Part shown: in pieces, positions 26,723-36,300 of the stretch
Layout: each line of letters opens with the position of its first letter
How positions within the stretch are numbered: position 1 is the stretch's first letter
Program-made: the position numbers and the translations under genes
NCBI GenBank assembly: GCA_965248955.1
Contig: OZ252212.1
Span: 66,668-130,667, forward strand
Source: Dehalococcoidia bacterium
GTDB lineage: Bacteria; Chloroflexota; Dehalococcoidia; Lucifugimonadales; QGNO01
Reading direction: 5' to 3'
DNA: 64,000 bases
Notes under the pieces: model-generated
The model's input: the letters and a program-made list of their open reading frames with translations, nothing else
The model's database searches: none
What the model was told of the DNA's origin: nothing

Positions 26723-27967
26723 CTACTGATCCTGAGTGACGGGCTGCTGGGTCTCAGGCTCCGTAAGCTCAGTTTGTAAGAGATGATCCAGCTTGGTGAG
26801 CTTGGTGTGCAGGTATTGCTTGTTCACGTCGTTGGGGGGTATCTGGATGGGAACGCGCTCCACAATGTTCAGTCCGTAGCCGTCCAGGCCAACTACTTTC
26901 TTGGGGTTGTTGGTGAGAAGACGAATATTGCGAATGCCGAGTTCCACCAGAATCTGAGCGCCGATGCCGTACCAGCGCAGGTCGGGAGGAAAGCCCAGCT
27001 TCTCATTGGCTTCCACCGTGTCCAGTCCGGTGTCCTGCAGCTGGTAAGCACGCAGCTTGTTGTGCAGCCCTATGCCCCGGCCTTCTTGACGCATATAGAG
27101 AAGGACACCGCGGCCGTCCTCTTGGATCATCTCCAGCGATTTGCGAACCTGCTCGCCGCAGTCGCAGCGAAGGCTGCCAAAGGTGTCGCCGGTAAGGCAC
27201 TGGCTGTGCACTCTGACCAGTACGGGCTCTTCCGAGGCGACGGTGCCCTTGATAAGAGCAACGTGCTCTTCCACGTCGATAGCGCTTTTGTATGCTATAG
27301 CAGTGAATTCCCCGTATAAAGTAGGGAGCTTGGTCTCAGTGATACGCATAATCAGGGTTTCGTGCTGCTTGCGATAGGCCACCAGCTGGGCAATACTGAT
27401 TATCTTGATGCCGTGTTCTTGTGAGAACTCTTCCAGATCGCTGAGGCGGGCCATGGCGCCGTCCTGCTTCATGACCTCGCAGATGACGCCCGCGGGGTAA
27501 AGCCCGGCCATCTTGACCAGGTCTACAATACCCTCAGTCTGCCCGGCTCGGACGAGGACGCCTCCTTCGGCATAGCGGAGTGGGAATAGATGACCTGGAC
27601 GGGCCAAGTCGGAGGGCTTGGTATTGGGGTCAAGGAGCGCTTTCACCGTTGCGGCGCGGTCGCCTGCGGATATGCCGGTGGTGGTGCCTCCGACGGCATC
27701 GACGGAAACAGTGAACGCGGTGCTGAGTCGAGCCGTATTCTCTCCCACCATGAGGTCGATGCCCAGGCTAGCCAGCCTTTCGCCAATAATGGGCATGCAG
27801 ATGAGACCGCGTCCGTGGTTGGCCATGAACGCAATGGCCTCCGGAGTGGCAAACTCGGCGGCTACGGCTAGGTCGCCTTCATTCTCGCGGTCTTCGTCAT
27901 CCACAATGATGACGAACTTTCCTTGCCGTATGTCTTCGACCGCTTCTTCAACGGTGCAGAAAGGCAT
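26723..27967 (-). CDS. ribBA: Bifunctional 3,4-dihydroxy-2-butanone-4-phosphate synthase / GTP cyclohydrolase II
   Basis: 414 aa. [11 protein letters not shown] (DHBP synthase), [21 protein letters not shown] and [10 protein letters not shown] (GCH II). Confidence 0.95.
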   Translation of the reverse strand: MPFCTVEEAVEDIRQGKFVIIVDDEDRENEGDLAVAAEFATPEAIAFMANHGRGLICMPIIGERLASLGIDLMVGENTARLSTAFTVSVDAVGGTTTGISAGDRAATVKALLDPNTKPSDLARPGHLFPLRYAEGGVLVRAGQTEGIVDLVKMAGLYPAGVICEVMKQDGAMARLSDLEEFSQEHGIKIISIAQLVAYRKQHETLIMRITETKLPTLYGEFTAIAYKSAIDVEEHVALIKGTVASEEPVLVRVHSQCLTGDTFGSLRCDCGEQVRKSLEMIQEDGRGVLLYMRQEGRGIGLHNKLRAYQLQDTGLDTVEANEKLGFPPDLRWYGIGAQILVELGIRNIRLLTNNPKKVVGLDGYGLNIVERVPIQIPPNDVNKQYLHTKLTKLDHLLQTELTEPETQQPVTQDQ

Positions 27968-28000
27968 CGATGTCCTTGTATTGGTAGCTTCTAGGAGGCT

Positions 28001-28579
28001 CTATTCCGGCTTGACAAACTGCTCTACGTACCGTGCCACAATGTCGGTTTCTAGGTTGACCTGGTCGCCAGTTTGCCTGCCTCCTAGCACGGTGTGGTCA
28101 CGCGTGTATGGTATCACAGATACAGAGAACGAGGAAGAATCGCAATCCACTACTGTGAGGCTGATGCCGTCCACGGCAATGAACCCCTTGCTTACAACGT
28201 AACGCATTACCTGGGGAGGAGCTTGGAATCGCATCACCAGGGAATCACCGTCAGGCTTTACGGATATCACATTCCCCGTTGCTTCCACGTGTCCTTGAAC
28301 GATGTGCCCGCCGATGCGGTCGGAAACTGAAAGGGCGCGCTCCAGGTCAACGGCGTCTCCGGGTTTGAGCAGGCCCAGGTTGGTGCGTCGCAACGTTTCC
28401 GGCGTGACATCCACGGTGAATCGGTTGTCCTCTACGCCCACAGCGGTAAGGCAAGCCCCGTTTATGTTCACGCTGTCGCCAACCCTAATGCCTTCCAGGA
28501 CAGCAGCGGCCTGAATGACCAGGCGGTCCGGTTTTGCCTCTACTACTCTGCCAACTTCCTCTACGATTCCTGCAAACAA
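28001..28579 (-). CDS. ribE: Riboflavin synthase
   Basis: 192 aa. MFAGIVEEVG N-terminus and duplicated lumazine-binding halves (GDSVNINGACLT / GFIAVDGISLT). Confidence 0.9.
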   Translation of the reverse strand: MFAGIVEEVGRVVEAKPDRLVIQAAAVLEGIRVGDSVNINGACLTAVGVEDNRFTVDVTPETLRRTNLGLLKPGDAVDLERALSVSDRIGGHIVQGHVEATGNVISVKPDGDSLVMRFQAPPQVMRYVVSKGFIAVDGISLTVVDCDSSSFSVSVIPYTRDHTVLGGRQTGDQVNLETDIVARYVEQFVKPE

Positions 28580-29730
28580 GCTAGCCCCCTTTGTATATCC
28601 TGTTGCTCACCGCGGTGCGGATAGCCGGTTACTATCAAGTCGGCGCCTGTTGGTTCCACCTCTACGTTGCGTAAGCGGTAGGCCTCAGCCAGGGTGCGGC
28701 TGCCATGACCTCCCACGGCAGGCTTTGCCGCTGCGCCTCCTATTATGACGGGCGCAATGCAGACGGCAACCTTGTCCACAAGGTTCCGGTCGAAGAAGGA
28801 GCCCAGCAATGCTGAACCGCCCTCCACCATAAGGCTGGTGACCTGCCGCTCGCCGAGCAGGCAAAGCAGCGCCCCCAGATCCACACCTCCGTCTTCCGCC
28901 GGCAGAAGCGCGACCTCCGCGCCCAGCGCCCTCATCTCCGAAACCGCGCTTTGGCTTGGATGACTGGCCGCAATGAGAATAGGCCCGGGTTGGCTGAAAA
29001 GCCTGGCCGCCGGGGAGATACGGAGGCGGCTATCCAATATCACGCGAAGGGGTTGCTTGCATAGAGGCACATTGTTCTCATCTCTTGCCGTGAGCAGCGG
29101 ATCATCAGCAAGGACGGTCCCGATACCGACCATTACAGCGTCTGAGGCTGCCCTTGTCTTGTGTGCCCATTGCCGGGACTCACCGGACGAAATCCAGTGC
29201 GAGTCTCCGCCGCGGGCAGCGATTTTGCCATCCAAGCTGGCGGCAAACTTTGCCGTGACAAACGGCGTTCCATTGGTGACGTACTTGAAGTACGCTTCGT
29301 TGAGCCTACGGCTGAGGTCTTCACCCTGACCGGTGTAGACTTTGACGCCCTTTTCCTGGAGCTCCCGCAACCCTTTTCCTGAAACCAGGGGGTTAGGGTC
29401 TATTAGGGAGAAGTGTACCTCCGATATGCCTGCTCTGAGGATGGCTTCCGTGCAGGGCAGTGTACGACCCATATGATGGCAGGGTTCCAGGGTAACGTAC
29501 ATTGTAGAGCATCGGGCTTTTTCTCCTGCCTGGGTCAAGGCCACAATCTCGGCGTGGTCTTGGCCGGCAGGCTGGGTGAAGCCCTCACCCACGATCAGAC
29601 CGTCTTGTACAATTACGGCACCAACAGCAGGGTTGGGGCTTGTACTGCCAAGAGCCTGCCGTGCCAGTTCCATGGCACGGTGCATATAGGGGGACGGCCT
29701 ATTCCTCGCGTTCGCCGCTGTCTGAGGCAT
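28561..29730 (-). CDS. ribD: Bifunctional diaminohydroxyphosphoribosylaminopyrimidine deaminase / 5-amino-6-(5-phosphoribosylamino)uracil reductase
   Basis: 389 aa. PNPAVGAVIV, HAEIVAL, LEPCHHMGRTLPC (deaminase zinc site), C-terminal reductase domain. The start could be a few codons downstream (ATG 29685). Confidence 0.92.
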   Translation of the reverse strand: MPQTAANARNRPSPYMHRAMELARQALGSTSPNPAVGAVIVQDGLIVGEGFTQPAGQDHAEIVALTQAGEKARCSTMYVTLEPCHHMGRTLPCTEAILRAGISEVHFSLIDPNPLVSGKGLRELQEKGVKVYTGQGEDLSRRLNEAYFKYVTNGTPFVTAKFAASLDGKIAARGGDSHWISSGESRQWAHKTRAASDAVMVGIGTVLADDPLLTARDENNVPLCKQPLRVILDSRLRISPAARLFSQPGPILIAASHPSQSAVSEMRALGAEVALLPAEDGGVDLGALLCLLGERQVTSLMVEGGSALLGSFFDRNLVDKVAVCIAPVIIGGAAAKPAVGGHGSRTLAEAYRLRNVEVEPTGADLIVTGYPHRGEQQDIQRGLACLQES

Positions 29731-30286
29731 AGTTCAAGTAGTACCGGCTTGGCGTAGGTTCATCTTGCCCCCTGTATTTGCTGCCTATCTTGGCAGATCC
29801 GTAGGGGTTCTCCGCAGGGGTAGTCAACCGCATGAAGGATATCTGGGAGACTTTCATTCTGGCGTAGAGATTGATTGGCAGGTTGGCCAGGTTGCTCAGC
29901 TCCAGCGTGAGATTCCCCTCCCAACCGGGGTCTACGAAGCCTGCTGTGGAGTGCACCACAAGACCAAGACGTCCCAGGGAGCTCTTTCCATCTAAACGTC
30001 CCACGATACTATTGGAAAGGCATATCGATTCAAGCGTAACTCCCAGAGCGAACTCGCCGGGATGCAAAACAAAGGGGTTGGCTTCGTCTATCTCTACGAG
30101 CTCCGTGAGTTGCTCCATGGGCTCCCTGACATCGATGACCTGAAGCCTGTGACTGCGGAACACTCTCAGCTTTTGTCCCAGGCGCAGATCCACGGACGCC
30201 GGCTGAATAGACGATTCGTCCAGGGGGTCTATGATTATGTGACCGCCGGCTATCTCTTCTCTGATGGTTCTGTCACTGAGTACCAA
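29699..30286 (-). CDS. dcd: dCTP deaminase
   Basis: 195 aa. MVLSDRTIRE, QPASVDLRLG, SSLGRLGLVVH.TAGFVDPGWEG.LTLEL. Confidence 0.92.
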   Translation of the reverse strand: MVLSDRTIREEIAGGHIIIDPLDESSIQPASVDLRLGQKLRVFRSHRLQVIDVREPMEQLTELVEIDEANPFVLHPGEFALGVTLESICLSNSIVGRLDGKSSLGRLGLVVHSTAGFVDPGWEGNLTLELSNLANLPINLYARMKVSQISFMRLTTPAENPYGSAKIGSKYRGQDEPTPSRYYLNYASDSGEREE

Positions 30287-30481
30287 TTTTGCCTGCTGTA
30301 GGGAACAGATAACATTTTACCCATGCGATATAATGACCGCAATACAGGGGTGTTGGGTTTTGGCCGAGTTGAGGAGGGCAGGGGGTTCCAGACACTTTGC
30401 AACGTAGCTACGTTAGTAGTGGTAGATTGTTCCGTTTAATTCGACTCGTGCTAGAATAAGAAGCTGGCTGGAACTAAAGAT

Positions 30482-31057
30482 ATGCGCAAAACGCTCCGCG
30501 AAATCTTACAAACGGTCCTGCTGACGTTGATACTCTTCGCCGGACTGCAAGGCACCATACAAAATGTTCGTGTCGATGGATTTAGCATGAGGCCTACGCT
30601 GGATGAGAACCAGTATCTACTGGTCAACAAGCTGGCCTATTCACAAATCAGTTTAGCCAATCTATCCAGGTACATCCCCTTCTTTGATTTGGGTGGTGAA
30701 GAGTCGTCGTATCTGTTCGATCCTCCGCAGAGAGGAGATGTCGTAGTCTTCCGGTTCCCCATAGACCCGTCCCGGGACTTTGTGAAGCGAGTAATTGCGG
30801 TTCCGGGTGATTCCGTGGAGATCAGAGATGGGAATGTCTTGGTCAACGGCATAGCATTGAGAGAACCGTACATCTTGGAAGCCCCACGGGATATCAGTAT
30901 GAGTGAGAAAGTCATGGGGTCTGAGGAGTACTTTGTACTGGGCGACAACAGGCTGCAAAGCAACGATTCAAAGAACTGGGGCCCGGTGCCCCTGGAGAAC
31001 ATTATTGGGAAGGTCTGGGTATCCTACTGGCCGCTGTCGGAGATAGAGGCATTCTAG
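30482..31057 (+). CDS. lepB: Signal peptidase I
   Basis: 191 aa. N-terminal TM, catalytic GFSMRPTL (Ser) and FVKRVIAVPGD (Lys), GDNRLQSNDSKNWGPVP. Confidence 0.9.
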   Translation: MRKTLREILQTVLLTLILFAGLQGTIQNVRVDGFSMRPTLDENQYLLVNKLAYSQISLANLSRYIPFFDLGGEESSYLFDPPQRGDVVVFRFPIDPSRDFVKRVIAVPGDSVEIRDGNVLVNGIALREPYILEAPRDISMSEKVMGSEEYFVLGDNRLQSNDSKNWGPVPLENIIGKVWVSYWPLSEIEAF

Positions 31058-31248
31058 GGGGCCGATCTATGAATGGCTGCCTCCTCTCCATCTTACGATT
31101 CCGCTTCATCGCTTAGCAGTCTCTCCACGTACCGTTCTTCCGTCCTTGCCCATCCCATCCTGCTCAGGCCGCACAGAATCAGGTGGTGTCGTAGTGGGAT
31201 TACTGCGCAGGACCTCTCCTTAATACATGTATGGCGCGTGTATCAGTT

Positions 31249-31276
31249 TTGCGTGGCGTCAGTATGCTGGTACAAT
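31249..31276 (+). promoter_or_regulatory. Candidate promoter for tRNA-Lys
   Basis: TTGCGT - 16 nt - TACAAT, ending 14 nt before the tRNA 5' end. Confidence 0.35.
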
Positions 31277-31290
31277 TCAACTGCCTTTAT

Positions 31291-31367
31291 GGGCCGTTAG
31301 CTCAGCCAGGCAGAGCAGCGGACTTTTAATCCGCGTGTCCAGGGTTCGAATCCCTGACGGCCCACCA
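31291..31367 (+). tRNA. tRNA-Lys (anticodon UUU), CCA encoded
   Basis: Hand-folded cloverleaf. Acceptor GGGCCGT/ACGGCCC, D arm GCTC..GAGC, anticodon arm GCGGA-CTTTTAA-TCCGC, T arm CAGGG-TTCGAAT-CCCTG, discriminator A plus CCA. 77 nt. Confidence 0.9.
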
Positions 31368-31449
31368 GCACCGGTAACGCAATCTACATCCTCATGGACT
31401 GCTTCCCCGCGGTTCAATGCTGCAATGGCAGATTCGCTGGCGTACGGTT

Positions 31450-31690
31450 TACCCGGCTAAAGAGACAATCTTTGAGCGGCTCATGACGCTGTTGCGGGTA
31501 AGCAACGGGAACATCATGCAAAATGCTGGTAGCAGCGATGATCTTCTTCCGCCAGCCCGCTCTTGAAGTCCAGGCGCGTCGAGGCCCGCGCAACCGCGAG
31601 GTCAATGGGCCACATGCGCAGCTGGCCCAGGACGCGGACAACTTCGCGCGGAGACCATTGAGTACTAGCGCGACCCGACAGAGCATCTCG
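31450..31690 (-). pseudogene. Decayed PIN-domain (VapC-like) toxin remnant, frameshifted and 5'-truncated
   Basis: One frame gives ..EVVRVLGQLRMWPIDLAVARASTRLDFKSGLAEED. The adjacent frame continues (K)IIAATSILHDVPVAYPQQRHEPL, resembling the VapC C-terminal D-x-IIAATA..H...L.T pattern. The upstream part is overlain by higA. Confidence 0.4.
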
Positions 31691-31703
31691 GTGACTTACA
31701 CCG

Positions 31704-32003
31704 CTACGTTGGACTTGGCGTCGCGAACCTCTCGACTTTGATTTGCTTAGCGCGGGACCGTGCCTGCCAGAGGTCGTAGGCAGTCTGCATACCAAGCCAG
31801 GTCTCCGGTGTAGAACCGAAGGCCTGAGACAGGCGGAGGGACATCTCGACCGATACGCCAGCTCGCTCGTTCACTAGGTCCGACAGTGCCTGACGAGTCA
31901 CTCCCAGACCTTCCGCCGCCCTCGTTACCGTTAAGCCCAACGGCTCAAGACATTCCCATCTCACGATCTCGCCCGGATGGGGAGGATTCCGCATGGGCAT
32001 CAT
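31704..32003 (-). CDS. higA: HigA-family antitoxin (XRE HTH)
   Basis: 99 aa. HPGEIVRWECLEPLGLTVTRAAEGLGVTRQALSDLVNERAGVSVEMSLRLSQAFGSTPETWLGMQ is canonical HigA. Directly downstream of higB. Confidence 0.88.
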   Translation of the reverse strand: MMPMRNPPHPGEIVRWECLEPLGLTVTRAAEGLGVTRQALSDLVNERAGVSVEMSLRLSQAFGSTPETWLGMQTAYDLWQARSRAKQIKVERFATPSPT

Positions 32004-32012
32004 CTCACCTCT

Positions 32013-32291
32013 TCAATGGTAGTCTGTGTAATCGACATCGACAGCATGTCCATCCTCAAACCTGAAGGTCACCCGCCAATTCCCAGACACTGAAACGGCA
32101 TAGTGTCCTTTCAATCCACCGCTCAGCGGATGCAGCCTGAACCCAGGGATGTCCATGTCCCGAGGCGTCCGGCTTTGATCGAGCACGGCAAGGATGCGCG
32201 TCAACTTCCGTGCATGATCCGGGGCCACCCGCTGAGACCCCCGGCCGGTGTAAAGCGACCTGAGCCCCCGGTGCTTGAAGGATAGGATCAC
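32013..32291 (-). CDS. higB: HigB toxin (RelE/ParE superfamily, plasmid maintenance system killer)
   Basis: 92 aa. SFKHRGL..LY.....RV.PDHARKL.RIL..LD......DM.IPGFRLHPLSGGLKGHYAVSVSGNWRVTFRFEDG. Confidence 0.88.
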   Translation of the reverse strand: MILSFKHRGLRSLYTGRGSQRVAPDHARKLTRILAVLDQSRTPRDMDIPGFRLHPLSGGLKGHYAVSVSGNWRVTFRFEDGHAVDVDYTDYH

Positions 32292-32306
32292 ATGAACAGT
32301 CTAGGG

Positions 32307-32341
32307 TGTCGCCTGTCGCCTGTCAATAGTCGGGCGACAGG
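32307..32341. promoter_or_regulatory. Candidate HigA operator upstream of higB
   Basis: 9-bp perfect inverted repeat CCTGTCGCC (32312-32320) / GGCGACAGG (32333-32341), plus a direct TGTCGCC TGTCGCC repeat. It lies 16-50 nt upstream of the higB start. Confidence 0.4.
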
Positions 32342-32354
32342 ATATGATTAGAGA

Positions 32355-32383
32355 TTGAACTCGAGTCTGCAGGAGGCTATAAT
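32355..32383 (+). promoter_or_regulatory. Near-consensus sigma-70 promoter, divergent from higBA
   Basis: TTGAAC - 17 nt - TATAAT (-35 at 32355-32360, -10 at 32378-32383). No convincing CDS for about 520 nt downstream. Confidence 0.35.
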
Positions 32384-32903
32384 CTTACCACCAAATCAAC
32401 GTGGTACTGCGTGCGGTCCTCTTAGGCCCACCAGTCAATTTGGCGGCCGTGGTGTATTGCCGCCTTTCTCATATACCGCACTTTGGCCTGCGCTATTGGC
32501 GCTGAAGGGTTTCGTCGTAAGCATAGAGAGGCCCGAAATGGCAGTTGCCATACTGCGAAAGATCGGGGGCGGGTAGAGTGGATGTCGGTAGATTACGCGA
32601 CGGAGGCTGGAGACAGGCACTGAGCGGATTCGTCAGGGGCGGAGACGACGCAAACAGGCTGGCCCCCCGCCTTCTGGATAGGCGCGAGAATCTCCGTTGC
32701 CACATGATCGGAGGCAGGGACCGGGGATGGGTTCCCGCCCCGTATCGAGTACGGGGCAGGCTCTGCGGGGGAACAACGGAGTTGGGGCGTGCGGTTCATT
32801 TTGCTAGCAGTGACGGTTGTGCAAAGGAACGGACAAGAGCCCGCAGGTAGAGGTTGTGTTGGGATATGCCAGGCGGACACGCAGTGCTGGAGGACTATTG
32901 CTA

Positions 32904-33173
32904 ATGCAGGTGTATTGGCGTGAAGTGAGGAAGGGACAGAGGCTCATCCTGACGATGGATGACGGCGAGGAGCAGGAGGTAGGCGGGGTGAGGGCGACCA
33001 AGAGGGGCTTCGACGCCTTCGCCCAGACCTTCGGCTACAACCCCGGGCGGGCCCAAAAGGGTATGGCGTCCATGGAGGAGGCCAAGGGGTTCGTGGAGGG
33101 CTTTCGGCCCTGGGAACTGCACGGTGCGATGGGCGTGACGGTGGACGACGAAGTGCGCCCGCAGGTCCAGTAG
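32904..33173 (+). CDS. Hypothetical protein (89 aa)
   Basis: ATG 32904 preceded by a GGAGGA SD 9 nt upstream. MQVYWREVRKGQRLILTMDDGEEQEVGG.. has no family I recognise. Confidence 0.4.
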   Translation: MQVYWREVRKGQRLILTMDDGEEQEVGGVRATKRGFDAFAQTFGYNPGRAQKGMASMEEAKGFVEGFRPWELHGAMGVTVDDEVRPQVQ

Positions 33174-33344
33174 TCCGGGCATAATCGGCTTCCCTGGGCG
33201 GAACAGGACCTGAGGGTCGGGGGGCCATGAGATAAAGGGGTGGCGCGATGCGTGTGCTTTCTTTCCCATTCTGGCCGAGACGACGCTATCCTGCTTTTCC
33301 GGGTACTCTCGTGCGTACCACTCGACCTGTCTGAGGAGACGCCA

Positions 33345-36300
33345 TTGACTACGCCCCACCGGGCCGTGTCCTTGCTCTTGCTTACGGCGTTCTTCCTTTG
33401 CGTCTCCGATCCAAGAACGTCCGATGCCACGCCGGTACACAGAGCGGTTCACGGCCTGAGCATAAGCACAGTGGCCAATGGCTCCGTCCTGCCAGCCCCC
33501 GCCACCAATCAGCGCCCACCCAAGCCCGAAGTGACTGACCAGACCACATACGCAGGGGGAACCTTCACCTACACCGTACCGGAGGTCACAGACCCGGATG
33601 GAGACTCGCTCACCTACCAAGCGTTTCTGGGGGCTTGGAACGCGCTGCCGAGATGGATCACGTTCGACTCCGACACTCGAACCTTCACCTTCAAACCGCG
33701 GAATGCCCATATCGGTGAACTGAAGATTCGCGTTAGTGTGTCCGATGGATCGCTTGAAAGCTATGCCGACTTCACGCTGGAGGTGACCGCAACGCCGCCA
33801 AACAGGCCTCCAACAGCGCCAACGCTAACAGATCAGACTGCCACAGAGGACGAATCCTTCACCTACACCGTGCCTGCTTTCACCGACCCGGACGAGGACA
33901 CGCTCACCTACACCGTCGCACAGTCCAACGACAGCTCCCTGCCAGGCTGGCTAAGCTTCAACGCCGGCACTCACACCCTCAGCGGCACGCCAGAGGAGGC
34001 CGACACCCCGGCCACCCTCACCGTCCGGGTCACCGCCAGCGACGGGACGGAATCAACCAGCGCCACATTCACCCTGACGGTGGAGGAGGTTAACGACCCA
34101 CCCATCGCCAGCAACGACTCCGCTACCGTGGCAGAGGGTAGTACGCTGGCCATCAACTCCTCAACTCTGCTATCCAACGACTCAGACCCAGATGACGATA
34201 CCCTGACCATCACCACCGTGAGCAACTCGGCCAACGGTACAGTCTCACTATCCGAGGATACGGCCACAGTCTCCTACACTCACGACGGTTCGGAGACAAC
34301 TTCGGACAGCTTCACTTATACCATCAGCGACGGCTCGGCTATCGACACGGCTACGGTCACCATCACCGTTACACCGGCCAACGACCCACCCGTCGCTAAC
34401 AACGACTCCGCTACCGTGGCAGAGGGTGGTACGCTGACCATCAACTCCTCAACTCTGCTATCCAACGACTCAGACCCAGATGACGATACCCTGACCATCA
34501 CCACCGTGAGCAACTCGGCCAACGGTACAGTCTCACTATCTGAGGATAAGGCCACAGTCTCCTACACTCACAACGGTTCGGAGACAACTTCGGACAGCTT
34601 CACTTATACCATCAGCGACGGCTCGGCTATCGACACGGCTACGGTCACCATCACCGTTACACCAGCCAACGACCCACCCATCGCCAGCAACGACTCAGCT
34701 ACCGTGGCAGAAGGTGGTACGCTGACCATCAACTCCTCAACTCTGCTATCCAACGACTCAGACCCAGATGACGATACGCTGACCATCACCACCGTGAGCA
34801 ACTCGGCCAACGGTACAGTCTCACTATCTGAGGATAAGGCCATAGTCTCCTACACTCACGACGGTTCGGAGACAACTTCGGACAGCTTCACTTATACCAT
34901 CATCGACGGCTCGGCTACCAGCACGGCTACGGTCACCATCACCGTTACACCAGCCAACGACCCACCTGGTGCGCCATCCCTGACGGACCAGACCGCCACT
35001 GCGGGCCAGCCGTTCACCTACCAGGTGCCAGAGGTCATAGACCCGGACAGCGACACCCTCACCTACAACGCGGCCCTGGGCCAGGCCATGAATCCTCTGC
35101 CGCTCTGGCTCACCTTCGACGCGGCCACTCGCACCTTCAGCGGCACGCCCCGCAGGGCACACGTTGCCACCCTCACAATCGTGGTAGAGGTGTCCGACGG
35201 TTCGGCCGAGTCGTCCAGAGCCTCCTTCACGCTGACGGTTGTGCTGCCGCCTAATAGGCCTCCAACAGCGCTCACCCTGACGCCGCAAACCGCAACCGAG
35301 GACCAGCCTTTCAGTTACACAGCGCCGGCTTTCACCGACCCGGACGACGATGCGCTCACCTACACCTCCGCACTCGTCGACGACGACGCACTTCCTGCCT
35401 GGCTTAGCTTCACCCCTAGCTCCCGCACCTTCAGCGGCACGCCTCTGGAATCCGACACGCCGGCCACCCTAACCATACGAGTCACCGCCACGGACGACGG
35501 CGAGCCGCCGGAATCGGCGTCCGCAACCTTCACCCTCACAGTCGAAGAGGTCAACGACCCACCCGAAACGCCATCGCTGACAAACCAGACCGCCACAGAG
35601 GACGAGCCCTTCAGCTACACCTTCGACGCCGTTACCGACCCGGAGGGCGACTCGGTGGCCTATACCGCTATGTTGGACCACGGTGTCGCACTCCCCGGGT
35701 GGCTCAGCTTTGACGATAACGCTCGCACCTTCAGTGGCACTCCGGGCGAGGCCAACGTGCCGGCCACCCTCACCATACGCGTCACCGCTACAGACAGCAG
35801 CACGCCGCAGGCATCAGCCAACGCCACCTTCACCCTCACGGTGAGTGAGCGTAACGACGCGCCCATCGCTGGCAACGACACCGCGACGGTCGCTGAGGGC
35901 GGCACCGTGAGCATCGCCGCCTCAACGCTTCTTGACAATGACTCAGATCCCAACGACGATAACCTTACCATCACAGCCGTGAGCGACGCGGCCAGCGGCT
36001 CGGTCGTCCTCTCGGAGGACGGTAAGACGGTCACCTATACCCACAACGGGTTGGAGACCAGGTCTGGTGGCTTTACCTACACTGTCAGCGACGGCTCGGC
36101 TACGGACACCGCTACGGTCGCCATCGCCGTAACGCCCGTCAACGACCCGCCCGAAACGCCATCGCTGTCGGACCAGACGGCCACGGAGGACGAGTCGTTC
36201 CGCTACACCTTCGCCACCGTCTCCGACCCGGAGAGCGATAGCATCACCTACGGGGCAACACTCGTCGGCGGTAGCACCCTCCCCGGGTGGCTCAGCTTCG

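Noticed and set aside
30377-30390. GGGCAGGGGGTTCC resembling the start of an FMN riboswitch core
   Set aside because: It is on the plus strand, the wrong orientation for the rib genes. The remaining conserved FMN-element segments are absent.
32901-33710. 269-aa minus-strand ORF overlapping ORF 32904 and the 5' end of the adhesin gene
   Set aside because: There are no recognisable motifs and the composition is Pro/Arg/Gly-rich. It lies opposite sequence with clear coding repeats on the plus strand, so it is treated as a shadow ORF.
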